From Chrysomallon squamiferum (lineage: Eukaryota > Animalia > Mollusca): a DNA stretch of 64,000 nt. Location of the stretch: assembly GCA_012295275.1 (NCBI GenBank), contig CM022669.1, forward strand, positions 6,696,001 to 6,760,000, written 5' to 3'. Under the pieces are notes generated by a model, which worked only from the letters and a program-made list of their open reading frames with translations, made no database searches and was not told the origin of the DNA. Positions within the stretch are counted from its first letter, which is position 1, and every line of letters begins with the position of its first letter. Shown here piece by piece: positions 1 through 15,904 of the stretch. The translations under genes and the position numbers were made by a program.

Positions 1-678
1 ACATAACGGGATATTTATAAACAGATTGGTGAAACTGGGAAACTAGAACGTACAGTTTGGTCTCATTTTAAATATTGACTTTGTAAATTTGTTTAACATA
101 AAGTGAACATATTTGCAATGCCGTTAGTAGTAGGTAGTTTACTTGGCTGTAGTGTTGTGATTGTTGTAGTAGTAGAAGTACCTCATTGTGGTTGTTGTAG
201 TAGTAGAAGTACCTCATTTTTACATGATGACGATAAAGAAAATATAAATTTCGTTCGAAATAAAATATGTGATAACGGAAATATAATGAAATAGGGCGTA
301 ACGCTGTTTTGTATAATACGATATTCAGTTTAAGACAGATGCTTGGTTTAATTCTCTGTTCAGTGGACATATCTTACAAAGCCAAGCAGCAAGTGCACAG
401 ATGCCACAGAGCTTAACTAATCGCCAGCAAATGATATGTAGCGTGCTTGCTCACGTCTGGTTTATATATAGATGACTAAACGCTCAACGATACATTAACA
501 CAGATTTGTGTAACATTAAGTTGTCTAAAGCAATACAGTTTTCAATGAAGAAACCCGCGTTCGCCATTTCAAGTGTGCTTTACTGATTAGCAACGAGTCA
601 GTTTGAAATGCACCTTTCAACAAAAAGCATATGTATTATTTCTGATATATAACCATTAATTTCTTTCGTATGAAACCG

Positions 679-810
<132 letters not shown>

Positions 811-886
811 TGAGAAACATCGAGAGAGAGTGTGTGAGTGAAGGAGAAAAAATAAATTAATAATGTTCACAAGGTATTAGACTTAC

Positions 887-1712
887 CAGAAGGCATCCAG
901 CACACGAGATAGATTCCTGTGACAAGGCAGACAGTCTTTGTGTACTTGATGGGAATGCTGTCTGTATAATTTCCACGTCTCTGCAGGTTTCTGGCACATT
1001 CTTGTTTAACCATGTCTTTCGTGTGACGCCGAACTGTCGTGAAAATATGGGCGTACAGAAACACCATAATGAAAAACGGTAACCACAGCAACGCCAGAAC
1101 TGTTGCCAAATACGTGGCGCTCACGACGTTGAACAGAATACAGCGGTTTATTTCAAAGTCTTTGCCCACCCCCATCACCGGAAGGAGTCCCAGTAGTAAG
1201 GACAGTACCCATATGGAGCAGCAGATCAGGCTTGCTCTGTGCTTCTGACACAGCTTGGCGTACAGGAAAGGACTAGTGATGCGAACGTACCTATCAGTGG
1301 TCACTGCGGCTAGATGGTATGTGTTGGAAATGAGTATGGCGAGATGGACGCCGTAGCGGATGAGGCACTCAGTTTCGTGTTTGAAGACGAGCAGGTGGTA
1401 GAAGACGTTGTAGATGACCGAGACGCCTGTGATGGCGTCCGTGAGAGCGAGGCTGGACACGAACGTGTCGGTAGCTTCGCGCCACAGGCAGTTCCTTCTG
1501 ATGAGCGTGTTCACGACCACGGAATTCAGTACGATGATGGCGACCCCGAGGAGGAAGAGGACGATGTTGAAGACAAGGTAGTCGACGGTAACGCCAGCGC
1601 CGTTGAGAGCGTAGAAGACCACGTGGTTTAGGAGTGATGGCGATTCCGTAGAGTTCGTGATGTACACGTCTAAAGTTTCAAACGCGGACGACTGGTTGTG
1701 ATTGCTGTTCAT
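887..1712 (-). CDS. Class A (rhodopsin-like) GPCR, first coding exon covering TM1-TM6; TM7 exon not found in the window
   Basis: ORF 867-1712 has six hydrophobic segments with TM1 Asn (IIVLNSVV), TM2 SLALTD, TM3 TDRY followed by SPFLY, TM4 Trp (SIWVLS), TM5 LWLP..LY and TM6 CWMP. A donor G|GTAAGT (intron starts at 886) follows CWMPS directly, so the last ORF residues are intronic. No NPxxY exon seen in 1-886. Confidence 0.9.
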
Positions 1713-2447
1713 CTTGATTAGAGCTCGGAGCCTGTCTTGATGAGGTCGTTCACAATATTGCTGCTGATGTCTCTGTCAGTGCTGACGCACCGACGACACT
1801 CAGTAATTACTTTAAATTTTACCAGTGTAATCTGATTGTGACAGTGTTATTTTATAAGTCGTTCCATATGCATCCGTTCTGCATTCAAAAACCAAACCTG
1901 AAGATCCATCAGCCAATGAGACTAATGAGAAAAATTCCGGTGTCATCGAAATTCATATCATGCTGTTCATCTCATGATAATGTAAATAGTCCTGTGGAGA
2001 TAAAAAAGAAAGAAAAGTTAAAATGTCACCACAAACCAGACACGTATCACACCTAGTTTCTATATACGTCTCTCTCAATTAAATAATCAATGGCCTTATT
2101 CTTTGCATTTAACACGCTGTGAAAATTGACTTGATCTGAACAAATTCTCTCTCTTCTTTAGCCTGTTTGTCTAGCATGGGTCATCGACCATCACCCACCT
2201 GAAGCATCTACTGATGTATCTGAACAACAAATTGATTTCAAGTCCTCAGTCGCTTTTGTCATAAGAGCAGTCATTTTAGCGTCTGCTTCTCTCAGTGTAA
2301 TGATGAATATAAAAGTGCTATCGTTTATCTCAGTAACTGTTTTAAGAGGCTTTCTCACTCACTGTGTCGCATCGTGTATTGACATTTTGAAGGTAACTTC
2401 GCAAACATAGAAAATAACAAATGCGCAGAACTTGATGTTTTGTACAT

Positions 2448-2486
<39 letters not shown>

Positions 2487-3676
2487 TTTGTTATTTAGAC
2501 AGAGGGAGACAGACATATATATGTTATTATTGGTGGAAGATGGAGCAAAATATTAAGTAAAAGCTCTATAAGGAAGGTCAAGATTTAAACTGCAAGATTT
2601 CCAACTCGATTAACACGATCTAACAGCCTGTCATGATGATACATACATATCCTCTCCAAAATATATAAAACAACAGCAGCCATGGCAGAAGCTATTATGA
2701 AACTAATGAAGCTTAAGCTTCAGGCCTCTATTCTCATTGACTCACATTGCTCGAAAAATTTAAAAAGAATGTGTTTGGAATAAGCCCTCATATCTGTTGT
2801 AGTTTCAGAACCCCAAAATGTATGTCCACTGCTGATACAACAGCAAATATAAGCTGGTACACAAATAAATAAATGAATAAAGACAAACAACAAACAAACA
2901 AAGAAACAATCAAAACAAACTAAAGAAACAAAGAAATGACGAAATAAAATCAATGAATAAGAACAAAAACGAAAGAAAGGACAAAGTTTAGTGAGGTCGA
3001 CGTGAACAGCATGACGTAAAACGTTCCCAAAATACACGTATAGATTGAGAAAATACATGTTCTAATCGATACAACGCTTTTTCATTAACAGTAAATTAAA
3101 ACGCAGTTGTTATGGTTTAATGGTTTCCACAGCGCAGTTCAAGCAGTATCGATACGTCGATAAAACATACCGCAAAGTGGAACTCTCCGTTTTGACTATA
3201 CTAGACACCAAACAGTTATCCATCTGAAAATATGTCGCGATTTTTAACAATCGCTATAATTTCAAACACTATTTTGTGCAGTACATAAATACCTCCGTCT
3301 GTGAAAATCACATCCATAATTTCAGATAAAACACCAGTTCCTCGCCGCAGTATACGTCACTCCGAGGATTGTAAAGATAATAAACGCGTAAATGACATCT
3401 CTGTATTCACGGTTACTTGAACATCGCTGTTGATCCGTCATTCTGCTATTGTGTTTACCCCCACCACAGTCTTTTTCCTAGTCTACTGTGTCTCCATCCC
3501 GCGTGGGATTCCTGTTATCCTCGTATTGGCTGAGCCCTTCCTGCAACAGAATAGACTGCAGTGATTGTCTGCTTGTGCGAAACCAGCAGCAAATTTAATT
3601 ACTTCTCCCAGATTATTACACCTCATTCCTCTTACTGTAATCAGGAGAAGACCACAAATAATAGAAGTGTCATCTG

Positions 3677-3685
3677 ATTAATAAC

Positions 3686-3749
<64 letters not shown>

Positions 3750-4060
3750 TCAACAAATGCAATAATAATAATAATAATGAAGATGATGATGATAAAATAA
3801 ATAATTATCGTTATTATTATTATTATTATTAATGATGGTGATAATCACAATGATTAGGATGATGATGATGATGATGGTGATAAAAAGTAATTAAATAAAT
3901 ATTACATAAATATATTTATTTTTGTCTTACAAAAAGCAGTTTTAGTTACGTATCATTTATGCCGGTTTGGTTAGCAACAACAATAACAACAGCAACAACA
4001 ACAACAAAAACAACAGTAATAACAACAACAACAACAACATTAACAGTAATAATAATAAAT
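3677..4060. repeat. (AAT)n/(GAT)n/(AAC)n trinucleotide microsatellite cluster
   Basis: Directly visible runs. Confidence 0.9.
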
Positions 4061-4455
4061 AAATAACTCTTATTATAAAGATGTATTGAGGGGATTATTA
4101 AGCAAATTTCAGTTTGTCTTGTTATAATTATCTATTAGGTTGCAAACCGGAGATTGCTTTGGTAATACGTCCATTCATTTTTTTCCCTTTTTTATTTTTT
4201 CTATTTTTTTATTATTTATTATTTTGTAAAGCACTAGACTAGAACCTATATCTGTTTTCTACAACGTCGGTTGAAAGCAGTCTGGCTAAATCAGGGATGT
4301 GAAGAAAAGATCGGTAAATCAATAACAACTTCAGCTCAGTTCCGCAGAACATAAATTAGACAACTGGCAATGAATTACGAAGAAATTGTGGATTTTTATT
4401 TTATTTTTTTTTTATCCCATTTTTTTGTTATTCTGTTTCTTTCCTCTTGTTCTCC

Positions 4456-4526
<71 letters not shown>

Positions 4527-6769
4527 TAATATTAATACTTCTGGTATTAATACTACTTCCACTACTGTGACATCTACTACTACAGGTTTTGATAACAGGC
4601 GAGCAAGACCTACGCTGAAATGAAGAAACATTATTCCAAGTTTTATGTTTATTTTTCCAAGCAAATATAAATCTGTTTAGCTTGGATATTACGTTACTTT
4701 TGTGTCAGTTTCAGTGGTGCGAGCTGTTTGTCTGAAAACAGTTAATTGCGAGATTTCTGGTAGGTAACAGTTTGTGGTTCTATTATGTTGTTTGATTTGT
4801 ATTCATCAGGTTTCCAGTTTAACGAAAATGAATTCTGTTATTGTTGTTTTTGTCGTACTTTTCCTTTTTTGTTTTAGTTGTTGATGATGATAATGTTTTT
4901 TGTTCTTGTTTTGTTTTTATTTTTTTTTTTTTTTTTTTTTTTTTGTTTTTGTTTGAGGGTGGACTGTTATGAGGTTTTCTTATTTCTTTTCTTTTTTATT
5001 CTCTGTGGTCGAGAGGATATTCCCTTTTGGTGTGTATTTATTTTCGTGCAAGAGAAGAAATATGTTGTTGTTGTTGTTGTTGTTGTTGCTATTATTCTTG
5101 TCTGTTCTAACCGTAAGCAACGACGGGTGTATTAAATGAACGAGCAAATAGATTAATAAATAATAATACGATCCGTTATTAACAGTAGACTGCAGTCGCA
5201 CCTCATTTTCTAAAAGAGTCATGAAAAACAGAATGCCGCTGTTGTCGTGATCGTTTAGCGGAATAGCACCTTTAACATAAATATAGTCGTAAACAGCAGA
5301 ACTTGTCAAAACTGACAAAGAGATGCGAGTAACCAAATGGACGAATTTGTAAGCACTGTTTGTTTTCGTATTATAGACGAGAACTGTCCCATGTGATAGG
5401 ATGTTCTTGTATCCATGTTAGACTGAAGAAAAATATTGTCTGCGTTAAAATTTAGGCGAAAACATGATTGCTTTTTATTACACATGTTTAAACATAAGCA
5501 CAATTGCTGGTATTTGCGAATTATACGTGTTTAATGGTAAATTGTGTGGATATAGGAGATTAGATATCGACAGTGATGAATGAAGACAAGGAGGAAATGA
5601 GCAGAAGAAGAAGAAAGACAAATACGAAAAAAAAAAAAAAGAAGTGGAAAGACAGCAGGAAGTGAGAAAAGGAAAACGAGAAGAAGATTGAAAACATTTT
5701 CTAAACATTAAATTTTGAGGAGACCATTTGACACTGAGAACCAAACTGGATTTCTGTTTCCAGGTCTCTGAAATATTTTTATGATGATAACTCGTTGCAG
5801 TAAGTGTTGCTGAAATCATTTCATCCTCCAAAATGTATAACATAAGTCAGGGCAGGCTTCGATGGTGTAAATAAATTGATGATGAATTAAGAGGGCAGAT
5901 ATCTTACGAAGAGGTTACAGGATTTATTGATGAAGTGTCTGTTCTCATTGGCTTGTAAACTACTTCAGAAATGTTAACCCAATAAAGGAGAAGAAACGGA
6001 AGATTTGTTAATGGTTATCACGTGAAAGTAAGCGTCTAGAGACAGCAATCCATAAAACTGAAAATAGCTGGAAACATGGAGGCGTGCAAATGTTAAATAA
6101 TAATAACAAAAAAAAACAGCTTTATAAAGCCAACAAAAAACAAAATAATAATAATAAATAAATAAAACAACAAAAAAGAACAACAAACACACAACTATAA
6201 CCGTTTATACATTTTGATTCTGTTACCGTTAAGTGAGAACTAAAACTAAAACGTGAACTCAACAGATCTAAAAGTCGCATATTTTAAATTGCTTTGCCTT
6301 TGACATTATTTAATAAGTTGTCTTATTTGTATCGAATACTGAAATAGAATTTTAATAAATATTTAATTACTTTGGTTCTTTACACAGTTAGCGGTTCTAT
6401 TAGAAAGCAAAGTAAACTGAGATAATTTATTTGTTCTTAACCTGATCCACTCGTGTTTCTCTCTGAATTGTTTCGAAACGTCATTTCAGTTAATTATTTA
6501 ATACGTTTCCTTATTTAGAAGACAGTTTCAACATTTTAAAATTTACGTGAAATTTAATGCAACAATAATGCAAATCAGCACTTGATGTAATAGTATCTGA
6601 TACAATAGGATATGATGAAATAGTGTATGATGCAATAGTTTGTTCCACAATACTGCTGAATAACGGCAAAATCCCCTTTACTTTCATTTTCTTGTCTGAT
6701 TATACAGAGAGAATGATTACTCTGACACTTTGTGACAAAAAGGGATTGTGACGTAAACAGATTGTGACG

Positions 6770-6870
6770 TAGAGAACTGGCAGAGCGTTCGTCCAGCTTG
6801 CGCTCGGTTGTTGTATCGATTCCTGTTGGTTGAATCTTTGAGGTGTGTTGTTCCAACTTTCGCTATACAA
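6770..6870 (-). mobile_element. Possible decayed 3' fragment of a LINE (CR1/L2-like ORF2 C-terminus)
   Basis: Minus strand reads SWNNTPQRFNQQESIQQ, then ERKLDE after a frameshift. This resembles the WNxLP...SxxxFKxxLD ending of CR1/L2-type ORF2 proteins. Short and degenerate. Confidence 0.3.
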
Positions 6871-7108
6871 TTAATGTAACAATGTTCCGAGTTAGGTATT
6901 GTCAAGTATGCTGGATGATGCGTACTAAGGATGTGTTGCGGATCAGCAAAAGAATCCCATGAAGCAAAAGAATCCCATGAAACATAATCCTAAACAAAAC
7001 GTGTTGATGACGTCATTAAATAAAATATTAATTCCTTTCTTTCATCCAAACATAATACATGTTTGCCATTCTTAAACATTCTTTTATTTTATTGTTTCTT
7101 TCTTTGCT

Positions 7109-8346
7109 TTATAAAAATTCTTCTGCTTTCTTGAGTTTATCTCTTGCCTTAACCATCAGGACTCTGTTTAAAGTAATTTCAAACTGTAATATGTGCATAC
7201 AGTCAGAGACTGAAAGCGAGAACATTTTTGTTCCATTTGGTAGGACCAGCAAAAAAAAATTTACTTTTTCGTTTCTTCAGGCAGAATGTTACAAACCTTT
7301 CTCTAGTAGTTTTGAACTGTTTTACTTCATCAAGAAAATCTGGACCGAGAGATGAAATACGTTTCCATAACGATTCATTAAAGTGGTTGTAAAACACAAA
7401 ATCAGCCTTCTGATATTTTCTAATAACCTCGATCTGTTGGGCAGTTAAATTCGAAACATCGACATCACGAGATCTGCGTGCCAGTTGTGGAATGTACAAT
7501 ATGTCTCTGTGTTCCCAGCAAAGTTGTCGCTTGAGAAGAATGAGAGACTCGTCAAAGTATTCTAAAACCATTACCATGTTAAAGTCTTTATCCAGTTGCT
7601 TGAGGTAGTCCTTCACGAACTTCAAGTCCATTATCTTCTTTCGGGGTACACCAAAATCGAATGGTATCCCATTAAAAATAAAGGGATCCCGGCGCGCTAT
7701 CCACAATAAACGTCTGTCACTGAGAAAGGCAGACATCAAGGAGACGGTCAGTTTTTTTTTTGTGTTTAATTTCTCTATGCTCGCGTTCCAGTCAAGTATA
7801 TTCGTAAATGTATCGGCATATCCGAAATAGTTCAAAGCTGATATTAATCTGGACACTGGTTCTCTTACAATAGCAAAGTAAAACGTGTTTTTAGGTAGCA
7901 TTGGTCGTAATGCAGTTCGGTTGTAGACCAAGTGATTGCAAACAATGTTAAACTCTTCTCCTTCAGGAACCGGTATAACCATAGCTTTGTTGAACTTTAA
8001 ATCTAAACTGAGAACGTTATCCAGAACCGATCCGCTTGGCTTGTTTGGAAGCATAACGTTAAGGTTGTGCTTTATTGCAAATCTCTGTAACATTGTAGTC
8101 ACTGTGGAACTGCCGCACTTGTGAACTTTAAGAAAAGCAATGTTGAACTTTTTGGAGCAGTTCTTTATTTTATTGACTTTTTGGACACGGTCGTGGTTTG
8201 TCGCTTGATTACGATGAATAAATATCTCGTTCGTCTGATTAATGGCTTCAGAGAGCTCTGCTAAATTCTTCAGCTGCTCGTAGTTGTTCACTGTGATGCA
8301 GAGTTCGCCTACCAGAAACACAGACATGCTGATCGCTAGGATAATT
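7109..8346 (-). CDS. GAL3ST: GAL3ST-family sulfotransferase copy A: anchor plus catalytic exon, with a 1-nt frameshift near the C-terminus
   Basis: Acceptor tactctcgtttcag|A at 8346 (phase 2). Anchor IILAISMSVFLVGELCITV, 5'-PSB motif FLKVHKCGSSTV, 3'-PB motif IVREPVSRLIS, and VMVLEYFDESLILLKRQLCW. Removing one base from the T5 run at 7225-7229 restores KWNKMFSLSVSDCMHILQFEITLNRVLMVKARDKLKKAEEFL* (stop 7109-7111), matching the paralog tails. Confidence 0.88.
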
Positions 8347-8379
8347 CTGAAACGAGAGTAGATATCACATTTATTATTA

Positions 8380-8630
8380 GTACCAACACACGACGGATTA
8401 ACATAATACAGTAAATCATTCTTCACCAAATATGACATACCATACAGTACACATAACATCAACCGACACCAACTATACACCATAAACACCGCACATATCA
8501 CATCATAATATAGCAAAATACACCGTACATCACACCAAAAAATCAAAACTTCATACCAAAATATACCTTTCAAAACGGCACAATACCAAAATGTATCGAG
8601 AAATCATAATTCACAAAACAATACCACACT
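8380..8630. repeat. Degenerate pentamer-like (CATAC/CCATA) low-complexity repeat upstream of the copy A acceptor
   Basis: A/C-rich, G-poor tract; accounts for the spurious N-terminal extension of ORF 7203-8573. Confidence 0.6.
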
Positions 8631-8870
8631 AATCCATGCAGTTCGAAAAGTAACTACAGCATCAGTAAATGAAAGTGTGTATGATGTATTTATGTTTCTA
8701 TATGTATGTATGTAAAAATGTATCTGCATATGAATGTATGTATATATATGTAAAAATGTATCTGCATATGAATGTATGTATGTATGTTTCTATGTAGTTG
8801 GGTAGGATTCAAGTTATGTAAAAACCTCAATAAATAAAACATTTTTAATAATCAAGATGATGATAATAAG

Positions 8871-8915
<45 letters not shown>

Positions 8916-9367
8916 TAATAATAATAATAATAAATTGAAATCTTTAAGAATTTATTTTTCTAACTGTATATTTAGTTGAATATCAATACAGTTTTATCAC
9001 AGAAGAAAGCAACAATGAAAATCCATGTATTGTTACAGGTTTGATACTTCAATATTGTCCTTCTGTTGTTTGGTATAATCTCTCAGTCTTAAACGTTTAT
9101 CGTACAAATTCCGCAATGAAAACAGGTTTCATGTTTAGATTCTAGACTCATGTCTGTATTTCCCCACATAATTCTTCTGTAATTTATCTGTACACGTTAT
9201 GTAACAAATTAATAACACCAACAACGAAACAGTCTCCTGTATAAGTTCTGATTTCAAAAATATATTTGTTACGACGTTATCACTACCTTCTGTATCAGCT
9301 GTTTCACGTTAAACATCAGCAATTAGGAAGTTTCTGTTGGAGTCAAATATTTTTTTAATATATTCCC

Positions 9368-11214
<1,847 letters not shown>

Positions 11215-11696
11215 CAGTTTTCAGCTTGAGAGAAATTCAAAGTTGAAGAATTTCAAATAATTTACAAAGTAAGGTTCTTTTTCATTCGCCGTTATTCTTG
11301 TCTTGTCCGTTATAATATAATCTTCTGTCACGTGATATTATTGCTTCCGGTAGGTCCAGCTGCACCATCACACATACAGAGGAAGAGTCTCAAAACTGAA
11401 TTTATTGAGAATACTTAATTTTCTGCTTTAACCAATGATTGTCTAACATTAGTAACGAAACACATTTAATAGAATAAATACAATCTTTAAGAAATTACTA
11501 AGATAGATATATATAGATATAGACATAAATAGGTAGATAGATAGATGGATATACAGATAGGTAGATAGATAGATATAATTTTTGTTTCTTCAAAATTTAA
11601 GTGTCAGATGGTTTGAGAAAAGTATACTTACTTTATTACTTTTTTCCGAGTGTAAAATATACTTAGTATTTTCGTCCATATATATGTAGTCTGCAA

Positions 11697-11745
<49 letters not shown>

Positions 11746-11874
11746 GTAATAGTGATGATGATGATGATAATAATAATAATAATAGAAATAGCATCTGTCT
11801 TTCATAGTGTGTATCTATATACATGATACACACATTATATACATACATACAAACATACATACATACATACATAA

Positions 11875-11910
11875 ACGATATAAAGGAAAATTATAGATTA
11901 TAGGCCCCCA

Positions 11911-12009
<99 letters not shown>

Positions 12010-12246
12010 CACACACACACACACAGACACACATGTATATTTCTGGTAAGATCAATTTATTAATGGAAATAAATACAAACGTTTCCAAAAAAAAAAAAAA
12101 AATATATATATAGTTTAATATATGATTTCTTTTGTCCACCTAATCTATAATTTTCCTAATCTATAATGAATGAATACTTAAGAAAATGATATAACGGAAA
12201 ATTATAGATTAGGCGGACACAAGAAATCATATATTAAACTATATAC

Positions 12247-12332
<86 letters not shown>

Positions 12333-12474
12333 TTCTGGGAAGATCAATTTATTAATGGAAGTAGTAAATACATACTGTTTCAAAAAATAAAAAAAAAATA
12401 TAGTTTAATATATGATTTCTTTTGTCCGCCTAATCTATAATTTTCCGTTATATCGTTTTCTTAAGTATTCATTC
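11875..12474. mobile_element. MITE-like element (12168-12474) with about 77-bp terminal inverted repeats, preceded by a partial tandem copy (11875-12157)
   Basis: 12168-12244 (gaatgaatacttaagaaaatgatataacggaaaattatagattaggcggacacaagaaatcatatattaaactatat) is the near-perfect reverse complement of 12398-12474. Both copies contain (CA)n followed by atatttctgg-aagatcaatttattaatggaa. Confidence 0.75.
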
Positions 12475-12870
12475 GTCGCACTGAACACAGTAACTATGGA
12501 TCTGAATATTAACTCTACAGATGTCGAGCAGCCGCGTCTGTCTAGCGAGTGGAATTCGTTCGCAATGTGTATATAATATAATTTGTGTGTCTTTCTAATG
12601 GAAGGGTTTCTTTAAATTTTGTTTCAGCTTCTTTCTTATATTGTTCTTTTATTTCATTTTTATTTTTCATTTAAGATTTTTCTTTTTTTTTTTTTGTTCT
12701 TTAATTAATTCAGTATTTTTTTTTTTTTGTTTTGTTAAATTACTTTCTTTAACGTTTTCCATTCGTTTTGTAATTAAAACAGTTACAACGTATCCTCGAT
12801 ACTTGAGTTAAGTTATCAACGACTGTATTTTATTTAATACTGCAATTACTACTACTAAACTATGTCTACA

Positions 12871-12928
<58 letters not shown>

Positions 12929-13160
12929 TCCAAAAATATGATAATATGTTGATCATGTCGATGACAATGTTGATGATGATGATGATGATAATGTTGATGA
13001 AGATGATAATAATGATAAGGCATGGATCGACAACTATGAAGGTAATTATGATCACACTAATGATAACGACATTGAAGATGACGATAGTGATAATGATGAT
13101 AGTGATATTCAATATGATGATGATGATGATTAGGTGACGAGAACGGTGATGATGATGAAG
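12871..13160. repeat. (AAT)n and degenerate (GAT)n microsatellite
   Basis: Directly visible; source of the poly-N/M/H/I ORFs. Confidence 0.9.
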
Positions 13161-13809
13161 GTAGACAATAACAACGATGACGTGCATCCACAAAAAAAGT
13201 AGATTCTCTGTCAGCTAGCTAACAAAACTCTTCACAACACCGGTTTGCAAGAACAGTTTAGAGGTGTGGACATAAACACGCAACAGCTGCTTTTATACGC
13301 TTTCTGTTTGATTAGACAATTTTATCTCTCTGTGTGAATTTTCAAAATATAACAAATCAATTCTATTTCATTTAATAATAATACTAAAGTGTCGTTTGCG
13401 TCTTCGTGCGTTTTTTTCTTTTCTTTTAAGCTGCTTTCATTCAAAGAATCCAGTCATATCATTTAAAATTAACAAAACAACAAGTAAGAAGAACAAAACA
13501 CAGAGACAGACACACATACGCTCAAACACATATGCACTAATACGTATTTGAAAATCTCAAGAACTTACCATCATTTTCCAGCTTACTGATGTGATGACGA
13601 CACAAGCAAAGAAAATCGCCGAATAAAATAAGTTTAAGCCGAGATTGCTTGTCTTTTGAATCGCGTCAGATGTTATTTTCTTATTTATTGACTTACCAGT
13701 TGGATTCTTTAGCTACATTCGCGTAGTCATCACAGGCCTACCTATGATTTTCAGCTGCTTCCAATAATCGCTTTTGATGTTATTATTATTGATATTAGGG
13801 TAAATTAGA

Positions 13810-14012
13810 GTGCCGGGAAAAACTCCTGTGACAGCCAGATATCAGCCGTTTGGTAAAAACATCAGCAATATCTTTACCGGACGAAAGCTATTTGGACAAA
13901 ACTTCGGCCCAGCAATACATCTGTCAGAAAAATCCCTGTCGGTCATAGCCCCTGTGAACAAACATATTCCAGACAAAACCCTAATGTCCAAAACCATTGT
14001 TGGACATGTCAG
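13810..14012. repeat. Degenerate short tandem repeat (approximately CCGGACAAAANCCC units), probably the interior of a non-autonomous element
   Basis: Recurring variants ccgggaaaaactcc, ccggacgaaagc, ttggacaaaacttc, tcagaaaaatccc and ccagacaaaaccc. Confidence 0.4.
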
Positions 14013-14642
14013 CTTTAACCAATAAATAAATAAAACTTGTTTTATATTTTTAATTACTATATGAATAAAACTTGTTTTATATTTTTCATTATACTAAATT
14101 ATATAAATGTGATCTGTATCAAATGGCAATCATGACTTTTACTACTACTACTACTATTATTTATTTATTATTTTTTTTAATCTTGTTTATTATTATTACT
14201 ACTACTACAAAAACTACTACTACTACTGCTATTATTTATTTATTTATCTTTATTATTATTATTATGGTTGTTGTTGTTGCTGCTGCTGTTGTTGTTTTCC
14301 TATTACTGAGACCGCCTCTGTCGTCAATCTAACCAGTAGTGATTGGGTCTATTGTTCATACATTCTGCCAATCAACGAATCTGGCATGACGTCTGCTTCT
14401 GTTTTGTATAAACTGCTGTCAGAAAGCGTGCCCGTCGTAGACGTGGTTCACACCAGCTTGCTCTGATTAGCACAGTTTTGTTTGTTTTTTTCAAGGTTCA
14501 AGTCGTGCTGCTGCTGGCCCACTGTCTAACGACAGGTGTGTCAGGAGACATCGTGGTCTGATCAACAAGTACTTTTCTCAGTTACTCACAGTTTCCAGCG
14601 ATGAAAGCAGTCTTGAAGACAGTCAAATAGAAGAAATTAAAA

Positions 14643-14676
<34 letters not shown>

Positions 14677-15085
14677 TAAAATTTTTTTTTTTTTTTAAAG
14701 TAGGTTTTCACCTTGTTTTGATCGGGAAGGGTTTGGCGTAGGTTTTATCTGACATGGAGTTTACCTTCATTTTGTCCGACAGATGTTTTGCCCATGTTTT
14801 GTCAAGATGTTGATTTTTTTAATAGGTTTTTTTTGTTTGTTGTGTTTTTTCATGTTTGGTTCAGCAAGGGCTTTACCCAGGTTTGATATGTCATGGACAG
14901 TTATATTCTCGAGTTTTGGGGGAGATTCTTTTCTTGTTGTTGTTGTTTTTATTATTATTATTATTATCATTAGAATTTTTTTCTTATATGATTCAATGTA
15001 TATGTTTTCTTTTTCTTTTAATTCTTGGAATATTTCATTCTCTTTTTTTTTTTTTTTTTTTTCTCTCACCTATCTATACACCTAC

Positions 15086-15139
<54 letters not shown>

Positions 15140-15890
15140 CCACATCCACACACACACACAGCCACATCCACACACACACTCGCACTCACAATCACACTCT
15201 AAACCTGCTTTGAAAATTAAACGAATGTCTATGACGCATTTCCCTAAGAAGCTTATAACATATGTGCGTTTACTTTCATTAGTCTTCTAAAGTGAATTTT
15301 AAAATTTATTATTTAGCTGCTTAATCCTTTGTAACGAGTTGACTAGCTCTGTGAAATTCTAGGAACATATTTAATGTAACACGTGTCAGAAAGCAGTATA
15401 CGAATCTGTTTGTGTCTACACAGAGCTGGAAATACAGAGGCGTTCTTTCGGTTCAAGTACAATTTAAGACGTAGAGACTTTGCCTTTCAATTCACAAATA
15501 GCATTTCTGCAAACGACAACAATGGAAGTGTTGAATACGCCAACATTGCACTGTTTCTGTGTTATTCAAACTGATGTCTCTGAGATTTGACTGCTGTACT
15601 ATGTTAAAGGGTTAGAACGTCTGAACTGAGTACAGTTGTGTTGTTTTAATTATTACATCTTTCTTATCTCGTGCTACAAAGTGTTAACTTTGCGCATGTC
15701 ACGGTAACCGGACATATGAAAGTGTCTGAAGAAGGAAGGCGCTTAGATTCAATGCAGTTTCTCTCCAATAAATTTCATAATCTAATATTTATTAATGACA
15801 AAACATGCGTTGACACGAAATTGTAGATAAACATATAAATTAATTTTCATGAACCATTGTTGATGCTAATACATTGTTTCTGATGTCACC

Positions 15891-15904
15891 GTTGCCATAG
15901 ATAC
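15891..15904. promoter_or_regulatory. RFX X-box-like motif GTTGCCATAGATAC
   Basis: Close match to the imperfect palindrome GTTGCCATGGCAAC bound by RFX factors. Motif match only. Confidence 0.3.

Noticed and set aside
8347-8573. Hydrophobic N-terminal extension of ORF 7203-8573
   Set aside because: It starts at a non-ATG codon, runs through a low-complexity repeat, and lies upstream of a splice acceptor equivalent to those of all paralogs.
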